Notes under the pieces: model-generated | What the model saw: the letters and a program-made list of their open reading frames with translations, nothing else | What the model was told of the DNA's origin: nothing | The model's database searches: none | Source of the DNA: Octopus sinensis | Lineage: Eukaryota | Assembly: GCF_006345805.1 (NCBI RefSeq) | Contig: NC_043005.1 | Coordinates: 74,586,001 to 74,650,000 of the forward strand | Length of the DNA: 64,000 nt | Direction: 5' to 3' | Shown here: positions 25,858 through 39,130 of the stretch, piece after piece | How positions within the stretch are numbered: position 1 is the first letter of the stretch | How the letters are laid out: every line of letters starts with the position of its first letter | Program-made: the position numbers and the translations under genes

Positions 25858-28060
25858 CTGAAACAGAATTTGTTAAAGATGAAAAAATTAAATCCTAAAA
25901 GACAAACTTTTGGAGTCATAAGAATCTATAAACTTCATGAGAGCATTAAATATTTCTTTTATAGAATGGCATATCTCAAACAGTTTCCAGCTTTTTCTAT
26001 CCAAGGAGTGTTAAACCCAATATTTGCCTGCTATTAGTTATAACTTCTTTATCTGCTTCAAGATCTATCATTCTGAAAGAGATTTATTTAACATTCTCTC
26101 AAAGTTTATAAATCCTTATGATATCAACAACATACAATTCCCACTAGTAAGGATAAAGTTTCTAAAATGCACAGGCAAATTCAAAGAATTGCTTTAGTCA
26201 AATGGTAGAAAGTCTGTCATGTTTACAGAAATTGTGGGTTCAAACCCTATAGGCAGCCTTCAACTCTTTCTGTCCAAAGGGTTTTTAAGTCAAAATTATA
26301 TGCTGTTATTTACAGCTTCATGGCATTTTGTTCATCTTTACATTCTAAGTTCAAACTCCATCAAGGTCAACTTTGCCTTTCATTTTTTCAGAGTTGATAA
26401 AATAAATGCCAGTTAAAAACTAGGGTCAATGTAATCAACTTAACCCTTCTCTGAACTTGCTGGCCTAATGCCAAAATTTCAAACCATTATCTGCTTCGAG
26501 ATCCACAATTCCAAAAATGGTACTAATAAACTTTGGAGGCTTAAAAGCAAAAAACTTCCTACTTTCTTAAAGTAAACCATAACAGATATAAAAATTTTCG
26601 TTTACTTCATTAGTTCTTGCTACATTAACTTCTTCATTTATTCTCATTATGTTTTATATTGATGATCTTTGGTAATTAGAAACTTTCCAGATTCATTTCT
26701 CCTCAAACAAACTGATTTAGACACATTCAGTTTTCCTCGCAAGTAGAAATGATTCCAGCAATTAACCATTCATCAAAACCTGTACATTTGTTTCAGTTTT
26801 ACTTTTCATTTAATTCTGTACATTACTTTCATTTTCCACTATTAATATCGTTAGTAATTACATTACCAACTATACTTAGAAATCTTGACACCATTGAAAG
26901 TCAGTAATAGTTGCAGAACATAGAAATAGATTCATCAACCACCCACATTTGACATTTGTAAATGGAAACTAATGGGGAAATACAGTTCTAACATGAAATC
27001 CATAGAAATATTTAAAACAATTAATTTATTTATTTATCCCCATCCTGTCTTTTGTAACATTCATTTAAATTTTAAGACAAATTCATGTCACACTCTGCTT
27101 TTCAGACACTGATTAACTAATTGGCCTTTTCTAGCCAATGCTAACAAGCTAAAAAGTTGACAGTTCATACCCTATCGATGATAGATTTATCTTTTATCTT
27201 TTACTTGTTTCAGTCACAGGACTGTGGCCATGTTGGGGCACCATCTTGATGGGTTTAATAACAGTTATTTTATTGTTGTTTTTTTTTTAAGTCTAGTACT
27301 CATTCTGTATGCCACTTTTTTGTCAAACTGCTAAGTAATGTGAATGTAAACAAACCAACATCAGCAGTCAAGTGATGAAGGGACAAACATGAATACATAC
27401 TTGCATACATATGTATGTACTCACTAGGTATTGGTCAGCCTAGGGCTATAGTAGAAGACAAATACCCTAGGAGAAGTGTAGTGGAACTGAACCCAAACCC
27501 ACATGTTTGCAAAGTGAGCTTCTTAGCCACAACAGCTATGCCTGTGCCTGAGTGAAATAAATGAAAATCATAATAATCCAATCTTTTCAGTTGTAAATAA
27601 AGTTATGTGGAAATGTTTGTAGGCAGTAGAAAACTCTGTAAATCAGTGGTACCCAAACTTTTGGGGGCTGCCGCCCCCTTGACACCCAGGCCACATTCTT
27701 AGTGTCCCTACCCCAACTAACCATCATAAACATAGACCTCTTTCTGAAGCAAATTCAAAGCAACTATATTTCACAAATAAAACTTAAACTAATGAACTCA
27801 TTATTTTGTTGTCTTTACATGAATCGCAACCCCATTATCACCCTACTTTTCTTCAATGACCCCTTGGAACTTTCCACTGACCCTAGGGTTGGGGGCAATA
27901 CTGCCTACTTTGGGAACCACTGCTGTAAATGGTAACTACAAGCTCAAATTTTTATTTGGAAAGATAAGGTAGGATTATTCACCTATGTATCTTATTAAAT
28001 TAGGTTAAAAAATTGATTGTTTCTTACATTGATTAACTTGAGGTAGATGAAGTATTGCTT

Positions 28061-28466
28061 ACTCTTTACTCTTTTACTTGTTTCAGTCATTTGACTGCGG
28101 CCATGCTGGAGCACCGCCTTTAATCGAGCAAATCGACCCCGGGACTTATTCTTTGTAAGCCCAGTACTTATTCTATCGGTCTCTTTTGCCGAACCGCTAA
28201 GTGACGGGGACATAAACACACCAGCATCGGTTGTCAAGCAATGCTAGGGAGACAAACACACACACACAAACACACACACATACACGCACATATATATATA
28301 TATATACATATATACGACAGGCTTCTTTCAGTTTCCGTCTACCAAATCCACTCACAAGGCATTGGTCGGCCCGGGGCTATAGCAGAAGACACTTGCCCAA
28401 GGTGCCACGCAGTGGGACTGAACCCAGAACCATGTGGTTGGTTAGCAAGCTACTTACCACACAGCC
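28061..28466 (-). mobile_element. Major octopus-type SINE (OR-like) with internal (AT/GT)n
   Basis: Consensus gcgcaggagtggctgtgtggtaag...cttgggcaagtgtctt...ggcggtgctccagcatggccgcagtcaaatgactgaaacaagtaaaagag. This copy retains its CpGs. The family name is from memory. Confidence 0.85.
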
Positions 28467-29758
28467 GTTCATATTTTTATAATAATAACTATACAATTAC
28501 CAGTGATGAATAAAAATTTACATAGGTGAGTATTAACTCCTTGGTCTATTATTCTTACAGCTTTATGGGTTGATAACATGTAAATTGATGGGTAGAATAG
28601 ATCAAGAGTTCAAATTCTATCACAGTCATTTGATCTCATTCCATTTAACTCTCAACAACCCAACCAAATTCTAAATAGGGATTTTCAGTAGAAGCAACTC
28701 ACTACATAAAGCAGTGTGGGTACTCAATCTTCTATCATCTTTTTAGAATAACCTGTGACAACCAAACTGAGAAAGATGTGCAGCTTTCAAAGCAGCATTA
28801 TCTCCAACATACCACAGCACTTTCTGGTAAACTGCAGCAAATGCAATGCCTGTGTAATTTTTGTTTTTATTAAAAGTTCTTCTGTAACTAAGCAGAAACA
28901 ATAACAACAGCAACTCATAGAAAACTTGTGTATAATAGTAGACTTAATCTGTCATTTGATGCCACATCACTGCCTGGCCATTGAGTGCTCTGGATTCCTT
29001 TTAATAGCAGTTTCTTTCTCTTCTTCAAACTGTGTGCTGTGGTGTAGCTTGAATGTAGACTGCCTACAGCAGCCTTTGATTTGCCATCAACATTGGCCCC
29101 CAAGCTTATATGGATTTATGGGAGCAGACCTGAAAGTTCTGCTCCCATCAAAATTTTTCCCAGGATGAACTGCCTTCCCCTGCCACCCCACTAACTATGC
29201 CACTGGCAGCACCACCCACTACAACTAAGTCTTGGAGATCTGGTAGAAGTTATCTCCAAGGCCATGACCTTTACTAACTTTCATCTGCTAAATCATTTTT
29301 TTTTAATAATCATTAAATTAATTAAACTATTAATGTACAACAATGAACAATCTTTTATCTTCTACTTGTTTCAGTCATTACAATGTGGCCATGTTGGGAC
29401 ACTGCCTTGAAGAATTTTTAGTCAAACAAATCGACCTCACCATTTGTTTTTCTGAAGCCTGGTTCTTATTCTATTGGTCTTTTTTGCCAAACTGCTAAGT
29501 TACAGGAACATAAACAAGCTAACACCAGCTGTTAAGTGATGATGAGGAGACAAACATAAATACAAAGATACACACACACACACACAATGAGCTTCTTTCA
29601 GTTTCCATTTAACCAAATCCACTTATAGGGCTTTGATTGGCCTAGGACTATAGCAGTGAGACTGAATCCAGAACCATGAGGTTAATAAACAAACTTCTTG
29701 CCACACAGCCACTAAAAGAAAGTAAGATGGAAGTATTATAAAAACAATGTTACTAAAC

Positions 29759-29947
29759 CTTCAGCACAGGTTGGTCCAGTATAACTTTGGAAGCATTTGC
29801 ATTTGTTTGGTTCAATGCAATAACCATGTATACAGGCAGGTTCACAGACAGGAATTTCACAATATTTTCCACTGTATTCTTTGGAACACTGGCATACATT
29901 CGGTTCGGTGCAATGACCTCCATTCCGACAAGGCCTAACACAAATAG
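29759..29947 (-). CDS. Exon 5 (EGF-like 2 and 3)
   Basis: 189 nt, phase 1-1, ttttgcag/gtttag. Encodes ICVRPCRNGGHCTEPNVCQCSKEYSGKYCEIPVCEPACIHGYCIEPNKCKCFQSYTGPTCAE. Confidence 0.93.
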
Positions 29948-30164
29948 CTGCAAAACAAAACCAGATTCTTTATAGAGACATGAAATATGATTTTTATCAA
30001 AACAATCTTAAATGAAACATTATAATGACTCAAAGTATGAAGAGTCTAGTATTTATCATAATGTATTTCGCTAAATTTTACTCAATTGCTCTAATTTTAC
30101 AATGGGTGTTTATCTTTTTATGCAAATGGTTATACAAATAAATATATGAAAAGATATATATATA

Positions 30165-30298
30165 TATATATTTGAAGGAATGAGTAGTGATGGCTTTTTT
30201 TGAGGGGATAATTTTTATTTAAACATTATTATTAACATTAAAATAAAATAATCCCCCTCAAAAAAGCGATCTCTACTCATTCATTCAAATATATATAA
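30165..30298. mobile_element. Small MITE-like inverted repeat
   Basis: tatatttgaaggaatgagtag...ttttttgagggga / tccccctcaaaaaa...ctactcattcattcaaatata. Confidence 0.6.
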
Positions 30299-30435
30299 TA
30301 CTGTACCAGGAATTTTTCTTTATTATTCTACTATATATATATATATAATATATATATAAATATTAGGGAATATATCCAAATTTACAGGGAAAAAAAACCA
30401 GATTAGGATTAAATCCAATTTTATAGTAAAATATT

Positions 30436-30753
30436 ATAAAATATTATTGAGACAAAACCACTATTTTGCAAAACAAACAAGGAAAGACTTAATCAATACA
30501 TAAAATTTAATAATAGTCAAAAAAACCGCCACTACAATCGTTTCTTGTCTTGATCGACAATCTTCAGGTGGACTTCCAATAATTCAGTTACAAATTGTAA
30601 CTGAATTATTGGAAGTCCACCTGAAGATTGTCGATCAAGACAAGAAACGATTGTAGTGGCGGTTTTTTTGACTATTTATTAATTTTAGTATTGATTAAGT
30701 CTTTCCTTGTTTGTTTTGCAAAATAGTGGTTTTGTCTCAAATAATATTTTATA
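30436..30753. repeat. Near-perfect palindrome of about 320 bp (1-nt loop at 30594)
   Basis: Arms read directly as reverse complements: ...cagttacaa a ttgtaactg... Confidence 0.95.
30616..30659 (+). ncRNA. Hammerhead-like motif within a palindrome (mirror copy about 30529-30572, -)
   Basis: ccac-CUGAAGA-uuguc(gaucaa)gacaa-GAAAC-gauu-guagugg. Stem III is atypical. Confidence 0.55.
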
Positions 30754-30759
30754 TATATA

Positions 30760-30797
<38 letters not shown>

Positions 30798-30983
30798 TAG
30801 AAAGTTTGGAGATGATGTACAGGTATTATATATTAGAAGAAATGTGGTACTCAGAAATCCGGATGGTTTTATATTTACAGATATTTATTAGTATGTTACA
30901 TGTTTTTATACATCATATATCATATATCATATATTAGTGCTATCTGTAAATATAAAATCATCCTGATTTCTGAGTAGCTTATT

Positions 30984-31040
<57 letters not shown>

Positions 31041-32097
31041 GTATGTATATGTTTATATACTGTATCAGGGTGATAGGAGTATTTGGGGAAACTTAATTAT
31101 CAGTATATCACTCTTTCAAACCAATTAAAAGGTTTTTTTTTTATTTCTTGCAAATCCCTAATTGAAAATAAAATGCTAATATAAGAAATGAAAAGATATG
31201 AAGTCATTGTTGCCATATATGTGAAAACCAGCAATTTAGAATTTGCTAACGTTCTAAATGTAGCAATATCTTTTGTACATAAAATTCAGATGGAACTGGT
31301 TTCAACTGCATCAAGTAGGTAGGGGACAATTTAAATGTTTGGGCATTATAAGGACACTGCAATTCATCTTCAACATATATCATCAACATTTAGTGTCTGT
31401 TTTCCATTCTGGCATGGGTTGGGTGTCTTGATAGGAAGTATCAAGGGCATGGGCCACTCCAGATCCCAGTCTGTTTTTGGCTTGGTTTCTATGGCTGGAT
31501 GCCCTTCCTAATGCCAACCACTCCAGAGTGTGTACTGGGTGTTTTTCATGTGGCACCAGCACCAATATTTTTTTACATGGTACCAGCACCCACACCAATG
31601 CTTTTTACCTGGGACTTTGGTTTTAGGATCTCAATTCTCTTGTGGTTGTTGTGGTTGAGAACATTATCAGTGATGATCCTGGAAAATTAATGATGACCAT
31701 CACCTAAGAACATCAGGCGTTGAAGTGGACTATCATAACTTTGGTGTATTAGGATATTCTGTCCAGAGAAAGCACTGTTTGAAGAGTAGGAAAGGGTTTC
31801 CTCTCTCTCATGGCAAACTCAGTCCAATAACACCAAGACAAATCTTGAATTTTCACTGTATTGCCAAATATCATATTCACTTCTCAATGTATTCTATTTT
31901 ATTTTAATTAAATTTAATCAATGTAAACTTTGATGTTATTTTCCTTGTATTTTTTTAACAATCATTAAAATAATGGGATTTTTGTACTTTCAATGTTTTA
32001 AACTATAATTTCTTGGTTTGCTACCACAAGTATTTTAGTTTACTAATTTACTAATTTATTCCATTTAGTGAATATGTTTGTAAATATATTTCTTTAC

Positions 32098-32196
32098 CCT
32101 CAGAGCAATCATCTCCTTGGTATCCAGTATTAGAGCAGTCACATTTGTTGTCACCAATACATTTACTGCCATGTTGACAAGGTCGGCTGCAAACAG
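32098..32196 (-). CDS. Exon 4 (EGF-like 1)
   Basis: 99 nt, phase 1-1, tag/gtaaag. Encodes VCSRPCQHGSKCIGDNKCDCSNTGYQGDDCSE. Confidence 0.92.
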
Positions 32197-33109
32197 CTAA
32201 AATTAGAAAAAATGAAATTAGTCATACCAAGACAAATATATACATATAACATCAACATCATCATTTAGTGTCCATTTTCATGCTGCCATGTATTGGACGG
32301 TTTGACAGGATCAAATGAGACACAGGGCTATGTTGGGTTCCAATGTTGGCATGGTTTCTATCGTTGGGTGCTCTCTCTCCTTTACAGTGTATACTGGCTG
32401 CTTTTTTCATGAAACAAGCATTAATGAGGTCACCAACTAAGTTACAAGACAAAAGAAAGAAACAAGCAGATGTGTATTTGCGATAGGACAAGGTGGGTTT
32501 TATGTCAGATGTTGAAGGCTAAAGTATGATAGAGAGAGAGACAAGCTCAGGTAACATGTTGAGGAAATACATGGTTACCTCACTTCATATGAAGGTGAAT
32601 AGCTAGATATATAAACACAGAATGAATATACAGAATTTATACAATAAAACCAATGAAGAAACTTCTTAAACCTTTTGACACCAAACCCCTCAAGAGCACA
32701 ATTGATTCTATGCTACTAAGTATGAATTTTAGAGTGATCTAAATTAAAGCTTTCATGTTCATTTATGTCCCAAACTACAGCTTAATAATGGTTTCAAATT
32801 TTGGCACAAGACCAGCAGTTTGAAGGGAAGGAGTAAGTCAATTACATCAAACCCAAGGTTCAGTTGGTACTTATTTTATCAACCCCAAAAAGATGAATGG
32901 CAAAGGCAGTCCTGGTGGCATTTGAACCCAGAACATAACGTTGGAAGGAATGCAGCAAATAATTTTTTCCAGTGCAGCAGCAATTGTGCCAGCTCGCAGT
33001 CTTCTTTTTTTTTTATATATATACCAAGGCCTAAATTCCTCATAGAGGAGGGTAGCCACAACAAAACACACACCAGATATTCCATTCATTTTCCAGCTCA
33101 AAGAGGTTA

Positions 33110-33860
33110 GCCCCATTCTATGCTTGGGTCACAACATAGAAAGAAACCTTCAATGTCAGCAGCAAGGCCTGACAGCATATGTTGGTTTACCTTTGCCGCA
33201 TCATGCTGTTTCCATACCCCTTTGAGCAACATCAATTCACTCATCCATCCACAAATACTCTCCAAGCTTTCCTATCATTAATAAACTCTCTTGCCTCTAT
33301 CATGCCAACATCTCTAACCATCAAAGCTTTCCTCACTCCATCCATCCATCCACACAAACTGAGATCTGCTTTTGGTTTTGCTGCCTACCACTTCTGCCTT
33401 CATCACTCTCCAAGCTTTCCTATCACTTATAAACTCTTGCCTCTCTCATTCCAACACCTCTAACCACCAAAGCTTTCCTCACTCCATCCATCCATCCATC
33501 CACACAAACTGAGATCTGCTTTTGGTTTTGCTGCCTACCACTTCTGCCTTCATCACTCTCCAAGCTTTCCTATCACTTATAAACTCTTGCCTCTCTCATT
33601 CCAACACCTCTAACCATCAAAGCTTTCCTCACTCCATCTATCCATCCATACAAACTAAGATCTACCTCTGGTTCTGTTGCCTACCACCTCTGCCTTCATC
33701 ACCCTCCTTACCATCTGCTCCTCATCCATCCTCTCCATATGGCCAAACCACCTCAACATTCATCTATCCATTTTGGTTGTTAGATTTTCTCTCATTCCTG
33801 CTCACCTTCACACCGCCTCATTCCTCATCCTGTCCATCTGTGACACATCAACCATAGCCC
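33110..33860 (-). mobile_element. Decayed LINE (RTE-like) remnant with internal triplication of about 150 bp
   Basis: Three copies of ...ccacacaaactgagatctgcttttggttttgctgcctacc... at about 33351, 33501 and 33647. The LINE origin is inferred from weak residual similarity. Confidence 0.5.
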
Positions 33861-35281
33861 ACAAACAGCTTAATAATAAGTTATTTTACTAAATTTTTCA
33901 TAACTTTCAAAATTAATTGAAACAGAAGCAGTAACATAAGGAAAAATCTATTCATTTGAAATGGAAAATATGGCAGCATTATAGTAACATGAGAGATAAG
34001 CACATTTTAAGCTTCAATTAGATATATTACATTAAGTGGGCACACATGCAAGGAAACTAACTGAAGTTACATATTTCAGAGTCATCTTAATTTTCATTAA
34101 TGACCTCTTAAAAAGTGCAAATTATGATTATAATTTCTTTTTGGTGCACTTAAACTGTTTAATAAAATAATGCATGTCCTTTATGAATTAATGCTTGTCT
34201 TTTATACAAGGAAACCAAATTTTAGTACTGGTTGCTTTCTATGGTGGGGGACAATTTAAATGTTTGAGCATTATAAGGACACTGCAATTCATCTTCAACA
34301 TATATCATTAAGATTTAGTGTCTGTTTTCCATTCTGGCATGGGTTGGGTGGCTTGACAGGAAGTGGCAAGGCCATGGGCCACTCCATATCCCAGTCTGTT
34401 TTTGGCTTGATTTCTATGGCTGGTCGCCCTTCCTAATGCCAACCACTCCAGAGAGTGTACTGGGTGCATTTCATGTGGCACCAGCGCCAGTATTTTTTAC
34501 ATGGCACCAGCACCCACAATGTAATCTACAAGCAAAAGGGTGATCTTTAATTACAATTTATTAATTAATAAATATAATCTACATATGTAATTAGCACTCT
34601 TTAACTTGCATTGTGAACCAACTTGTAAAATATTGCATGTAGGATGGATGCATGCACATGTATTTGCTAGTTTTACATCCATTTTTGTATGCTTGCATCA
34701 ATTGGCAAAAATAATTTGAGATATTATTTTCCAGCTAACTTAAGGCAGCAAGCTGGGAGAACCATTAACATGCAAAACAAAGGGCCTTGTGGCCTTTCGT
34801 CCATCTTTATGGTCTGAGTTCAAATTCTGCTGAGATCAACTTTGCCTTTCATCCTTTTGGGGTCAATAAACTAACACCTAAGCACTGAGAACAATGTAAT
34901 TGACTAACCCACTCCCCAAAATGTCAGGCCTTGTGCCTGTTGTAGAAATGGTTATTATAAAGCCCCTTAAGGTGGCAAGCTGGCTGAACCGTTAGGATGC
35001 CGAGCAAAAATGCTTAGCAGTATTCCATCCATCTTTACATTCTGAGTTCGAATTCTCCCAAGGTTGGCTTTGCTTTTCATTCTTACAGGGTTGACAAAAT
35101 AAATACCAGTCAGGTACTAGGATAGATGTAATCGACTTTACTCTTCCCTTAAAAAACTACTGACCCTCAGCCAGATCCACTTTCTGACAGTAATTCTTAC
35201 CTGTTTTTCAAATAAGGGATTACTTATCTTACACGGCTTGAAAGCAATGATGTGCTAGGTCAATTTGCTGACAGTAGTTTC

Positions 35282-35682
35282 GGATCTTTTCGGTTTGAAT
35301 GGCAGTTTTTTAAAATAATTTCCACGTAACTAAACACTTTTAAACTTCGTATACTGGTAGAATGTGTTTATAAAACATCTTTTTCTCTTGAGAAAATTCT
35401 ATAGTTTGTAAGATATTTGTTGTTTTTTTTCAATTTCTACAATTTCAACCAATCAATGACCGTCTATTGAGGTGAAAACATTCTGTGCCGTATGAATATG
35501 TCCCTCGTTTAAGAAACAGATTAGGTTAAAATACATTTCTGAGGAAAAAAAAGATACCCTTCCCCCCACTCCTAACCCTAAAATAGATTGAAATACAATA
35601 GATCGATACTAGGGTCATAATTATGGGTGACAATTTCATATGACACCGCTAGAAAAAACTGCCGTTCAAACCGAAAAGATTC
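35282..35682. mobile_element. Merlin-like MITE family B
   Basis: TIR G(G/A)ATCTTTTCGGTTTGAA, 8-bp TSD gtagtttc. Confidence 0.8.
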
Positions 35683-36344
35683 GTAGTTTCTAACAGCAAC
35701 ACCGTCTACTGCACTTTTGTGCAAGCACAATTTTATGTGAAGATGTAATTACAAGCATGCAGTCGTCTTTCTGTTTCTGTCAACTAAATTCACTCTCAGG
35801 GCTATATTAGAAGCTTCTTGCCCAACGTGACACACAGCAGAACCGAACCCAAAATTGCATGGTTGAGAAACTTCTCAGTCCCACAGCCGTACCTAGTTAA
35901 ATTCTTACTGAATTTAAGCAAGTCGAACGCCACTGTTTACATACCCTATTCAAAGTATGGTGTCATATTTTCCGGCATGAATGACACACGTTTTATGTTT
36001 TAAAAAAACTTCATAATTACTCTGATCTTACACAATACTAGTTGAGAACTGCAGAACAGCAAACCATCAGATAGCCAGGGATTGTTTATTTCATTCAACG
36101 AGTATGAGTGAGTACTCCACTGGTATACCTGCTAATTTTGTCTGATTGCCCACCAAGCACTTCTCGATTTTGTGAACAGGGCTCTGGTGAGTATTTTTTT
36201 TTTTTGACTTGTTTCAGTCATTTGACTGCGGCCATGCTGGAGCACCGCCTAGAGTAGAGTAGTATAGAAACTTTTCTTTTTTTTAATTACATATCCAAAA
36301 TCGGGATGCATTGTCTCTAACGCAACATACGGTAACCAGATTTA

Positions 36345-36626
36345 GGTACTACTTAAGAAGAGCATCCGCGCTAGCTAGTCGTGACTAGTCGATCCTTACT
36401 TTGTGTTTTTGTATTTTATTTACTTTGTTTTGAAAAATTATTTGTGTTTTTGTTTTATTTACTTTGTTTTAAAAAAATTATTTACTTTGTGTAAAAAAAA
36501 TTATTTATTTTGTGCTCTATTTACATTACTAGGTCGTCGTTGTATAATCGACTAGTCACGACTAGCTAGTGCGACTACGCGAGCGCACGAGTGCGCGGAC
36601 CGGGACCACTCTTCTTAAGTAGCACC
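36345..36626. mobile_element. 282-bp TIR element with 19-bp TSD, family unknown
   Basis: TIR GGT(A/G)CTACTTAAGAAGAG. Perfect TSD catacggtaaccagattta at 36326-36344 and 36627-36645. Confidence 0.85.
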
Positions 36627-36985
36627 CATACGGTAACCAGATTTACACAATGTCAGTTGAAGGATTGTAACAAAAAATTAAATCATGTCAGTTAAACTAC
36701 ATTCGTTTGAAACTTTGATAAGAAAGAAATAGCTGTGTGTGTGCGTGTGTTTCTTTTTGGAAGTCTAAATGTACGTAGGCAGAGAAATGAAACAGAAAGT
36801 GATAGGGGAATTTTTGTTGTTATTCAATCTGGTGAATGTAACAGCCAAATATTTCAGCGATAGCACAAACAACAGTACAAGGTCAGCGCAAGATGTGTGT
36901 CGAAATGTAAATTATTTAATAGGCTACTTTTGTAATATGGTTCACATCAAAACAAAGCTGTCTGAATTCTAATAATCTTAATTAC

Positions 36986-37077
36986 CTTGGTCACAGTTTT
37001 CTCCTGACCAACCCCTGCAACACACATCAACTGTGATATTGCGAAGTTCTCTGGTTGGCTTTTGAACTATGTGGTTC
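36986..37077 (-). CDS. Exon 3 (EMI-like domain, C-terminal half)
   Basis: Acceptor atttctttcag, donor G|gtaatt, 92 nt, phase 2-1. Encodes WNHIVQKPTRELRNITVDVCCRGWSGENCDQ. CCxGW is the EMI terminal signature. Confidence 0.9.
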
Positions 37078-37408
37078 CTGAAAGAAATAAAATATAGACT
37101 TGAAGTTAGTATTTGGGGTTCAATAATAAATGTGTGCGTGTGTGAAAGCTCACGATTGTAAACTCGTGAGTTCGTTCCTTGTAACGTGTTGTGTCCTTAA
37201 GCAAGACACTTTATTTCACGTTGCTCCAATTCACTCAGCTGGTAAAAATGAGGTGTACCCGTAATTCAAATGGCCAACCTTGTCACATTCTGTGTCAAGC
37301 TGAATATCCCTTGAGAGCTACGTTTGTGAAGTGCTCAGCCACTTGTATATTAATTTCAAGAGTAGGCTGTCCTGTTGACCGTCATAACCGACAGTGCCAG
37401 TTTAGATA

Positions 37409-37919
37409 CCGTAAATCCTCGAATATAATCCGCATTTTTTCCCCAAAATTTAAAGGTCAAAATCCCTAGTGCGTACTATATACGAAGTTAAAAATGAAAA
37501 TAAATTTCTAAGCAATGTCTGAGTCTCTATTTGCTGTCTGGCTATGTTCATTCAGACGCATTTTGTGATGTCGGGCGCGAAAATACCTTAAGCTAAGCCT
37601 GAAAGCAATGAAGTCATAAAAGAATCATCCATAACTTGCAGTAAGCAACATTTATTAAACGTTATTACTGTTATTTCTTTATTTTCTGCAAACAAAATGC
37701 ACAAAATTGCACACGTTTGCATTATGTTATATATACAATAAAAATAAAGGACGTTACCGTATACAGTTTTACAAACCCTGGACGTTATATAGACCTCCTT
37801 GACTCAAGTTAGAGAAGGGGTGCGTATTATACACAAGGTTTAGGTTTTTCAGAGGTACAGCCCCCTAAAAATCCCCTGCATATTATACTCAAGGGCGGAC
37901 TATACTCGAGGAGTTACGG
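37409..37919. mobile_element. Tc1/pogo-type MITE
   Basis: TIRs ccgtaaatcctcgaatataatccgc / gcggactatactcgaggagttacgg, preceded by TA. Confidence 0.65.
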
Positions 37920-37922
37920 TCT

Positions 37923-37983
<61 letters not shown>

Positions 37984-38209
37984 CACAAATTTTATGGCAT
38001 AAAAGACACTCGGGCATATTAGACGCATCCTAAATTTCAGGAGGACATATTCAGGAAAAAGTATTTAGTTCTTTAAAGCTTATGGACGGCCAAATTTCGC
38101 GTAGAGAAATTTTAGAGACATAATTTCTTTTTTAGTGGTGGTGGGGTTTATATGCATCTTATATGCAATCGAATATGGTACACACTGCAGTCTTATTAAA
38201 TTCACTCAC

Positions 38210-38368
38210 CATTTAATTTTGCAGAAACCTTTTTCGGCCTTGTATTCCAAAATTTCCATGTTTCGATCTTCGTTCACTCTGGTACATCGTTCGAAATCAA
38301 GTATTTCTGTTTCTATGACTCTTCTTGTTGTGTTTACCAAAGTCTGGATTGTATCCTTGCAAAAATGG
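38210..38368 (-). CDS. Exon 2 (EMI-like domain, N-terminal half)
   Basis: Acceptor ttttcctccag, donor TG|gtgagt, 159 nt, phase 2-2. Encodes HFCKDTIQTLVNTTRRVIETEILDFERCTRVNEDRNMEILEYKAEKGFCKIK. Confidence 0.85.
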
Positions 38369-39130
38369 CTGGAGGAAAAGAAAATACAAGTCTTTAGAAA
38401 TTCGTTTCTGTAATTACGCGTTTAATTTCTCTTAAAGAAATCAAAAACAAGAAAAGTATCGATTTAGTTTCATTTTCCTAAACTTGGACATTCATCTTTC
38501 CGTTTATTTTTTATAATATTTCACATAGTTTTCAATTTATCATTACGATAGTCTTCTAGTTTGCTCTTCATATCCCTTGAACATATCCCTTTGCTGGCTT
38601 CAAACTAAGAATCACGAAAAATACCTTGTATTATAAATAGATATTCTGCAAATCCGCGAGGGAATCGCTATGTTGTCACTCAGCCAGCTAGAAATAGCAG
38701 CCAGATTACTCTCCAATAACACCTTATTGTCTTAAAAAGCAGAAAGTTATCTAGGACTTGAGTTTACCTGTCTCAGATTATGGATCTGTACATGTGTAGC
38801 TATACTATTCTGTGTCATGTTCTGATTTCAAAATCTCTTTAAAACGTAATCTCTAGTCATAAAGTGAAGCCGAACGAATCAATTTAACCCTATTCCCGAT
38901 AAAATTTTATTCTTGTGTCAATGAAAGACATTGGGTTAGTACCAAAATAATTGCGCTTGTAATTAGTTTAGAATTTTATGCTTATTTTAGAACAAAACTA
39001 TGTTCATGTAATACACCATTTTGAAACGTAAATTTCGATATATGGACTTATGTTAATGACTTTTCGCCCTGCGTATTTTTTTTTTTTTAAGTGCCAAATT
39101 AAATCAAAGACGGTGGGGAAAAGCAAATTT

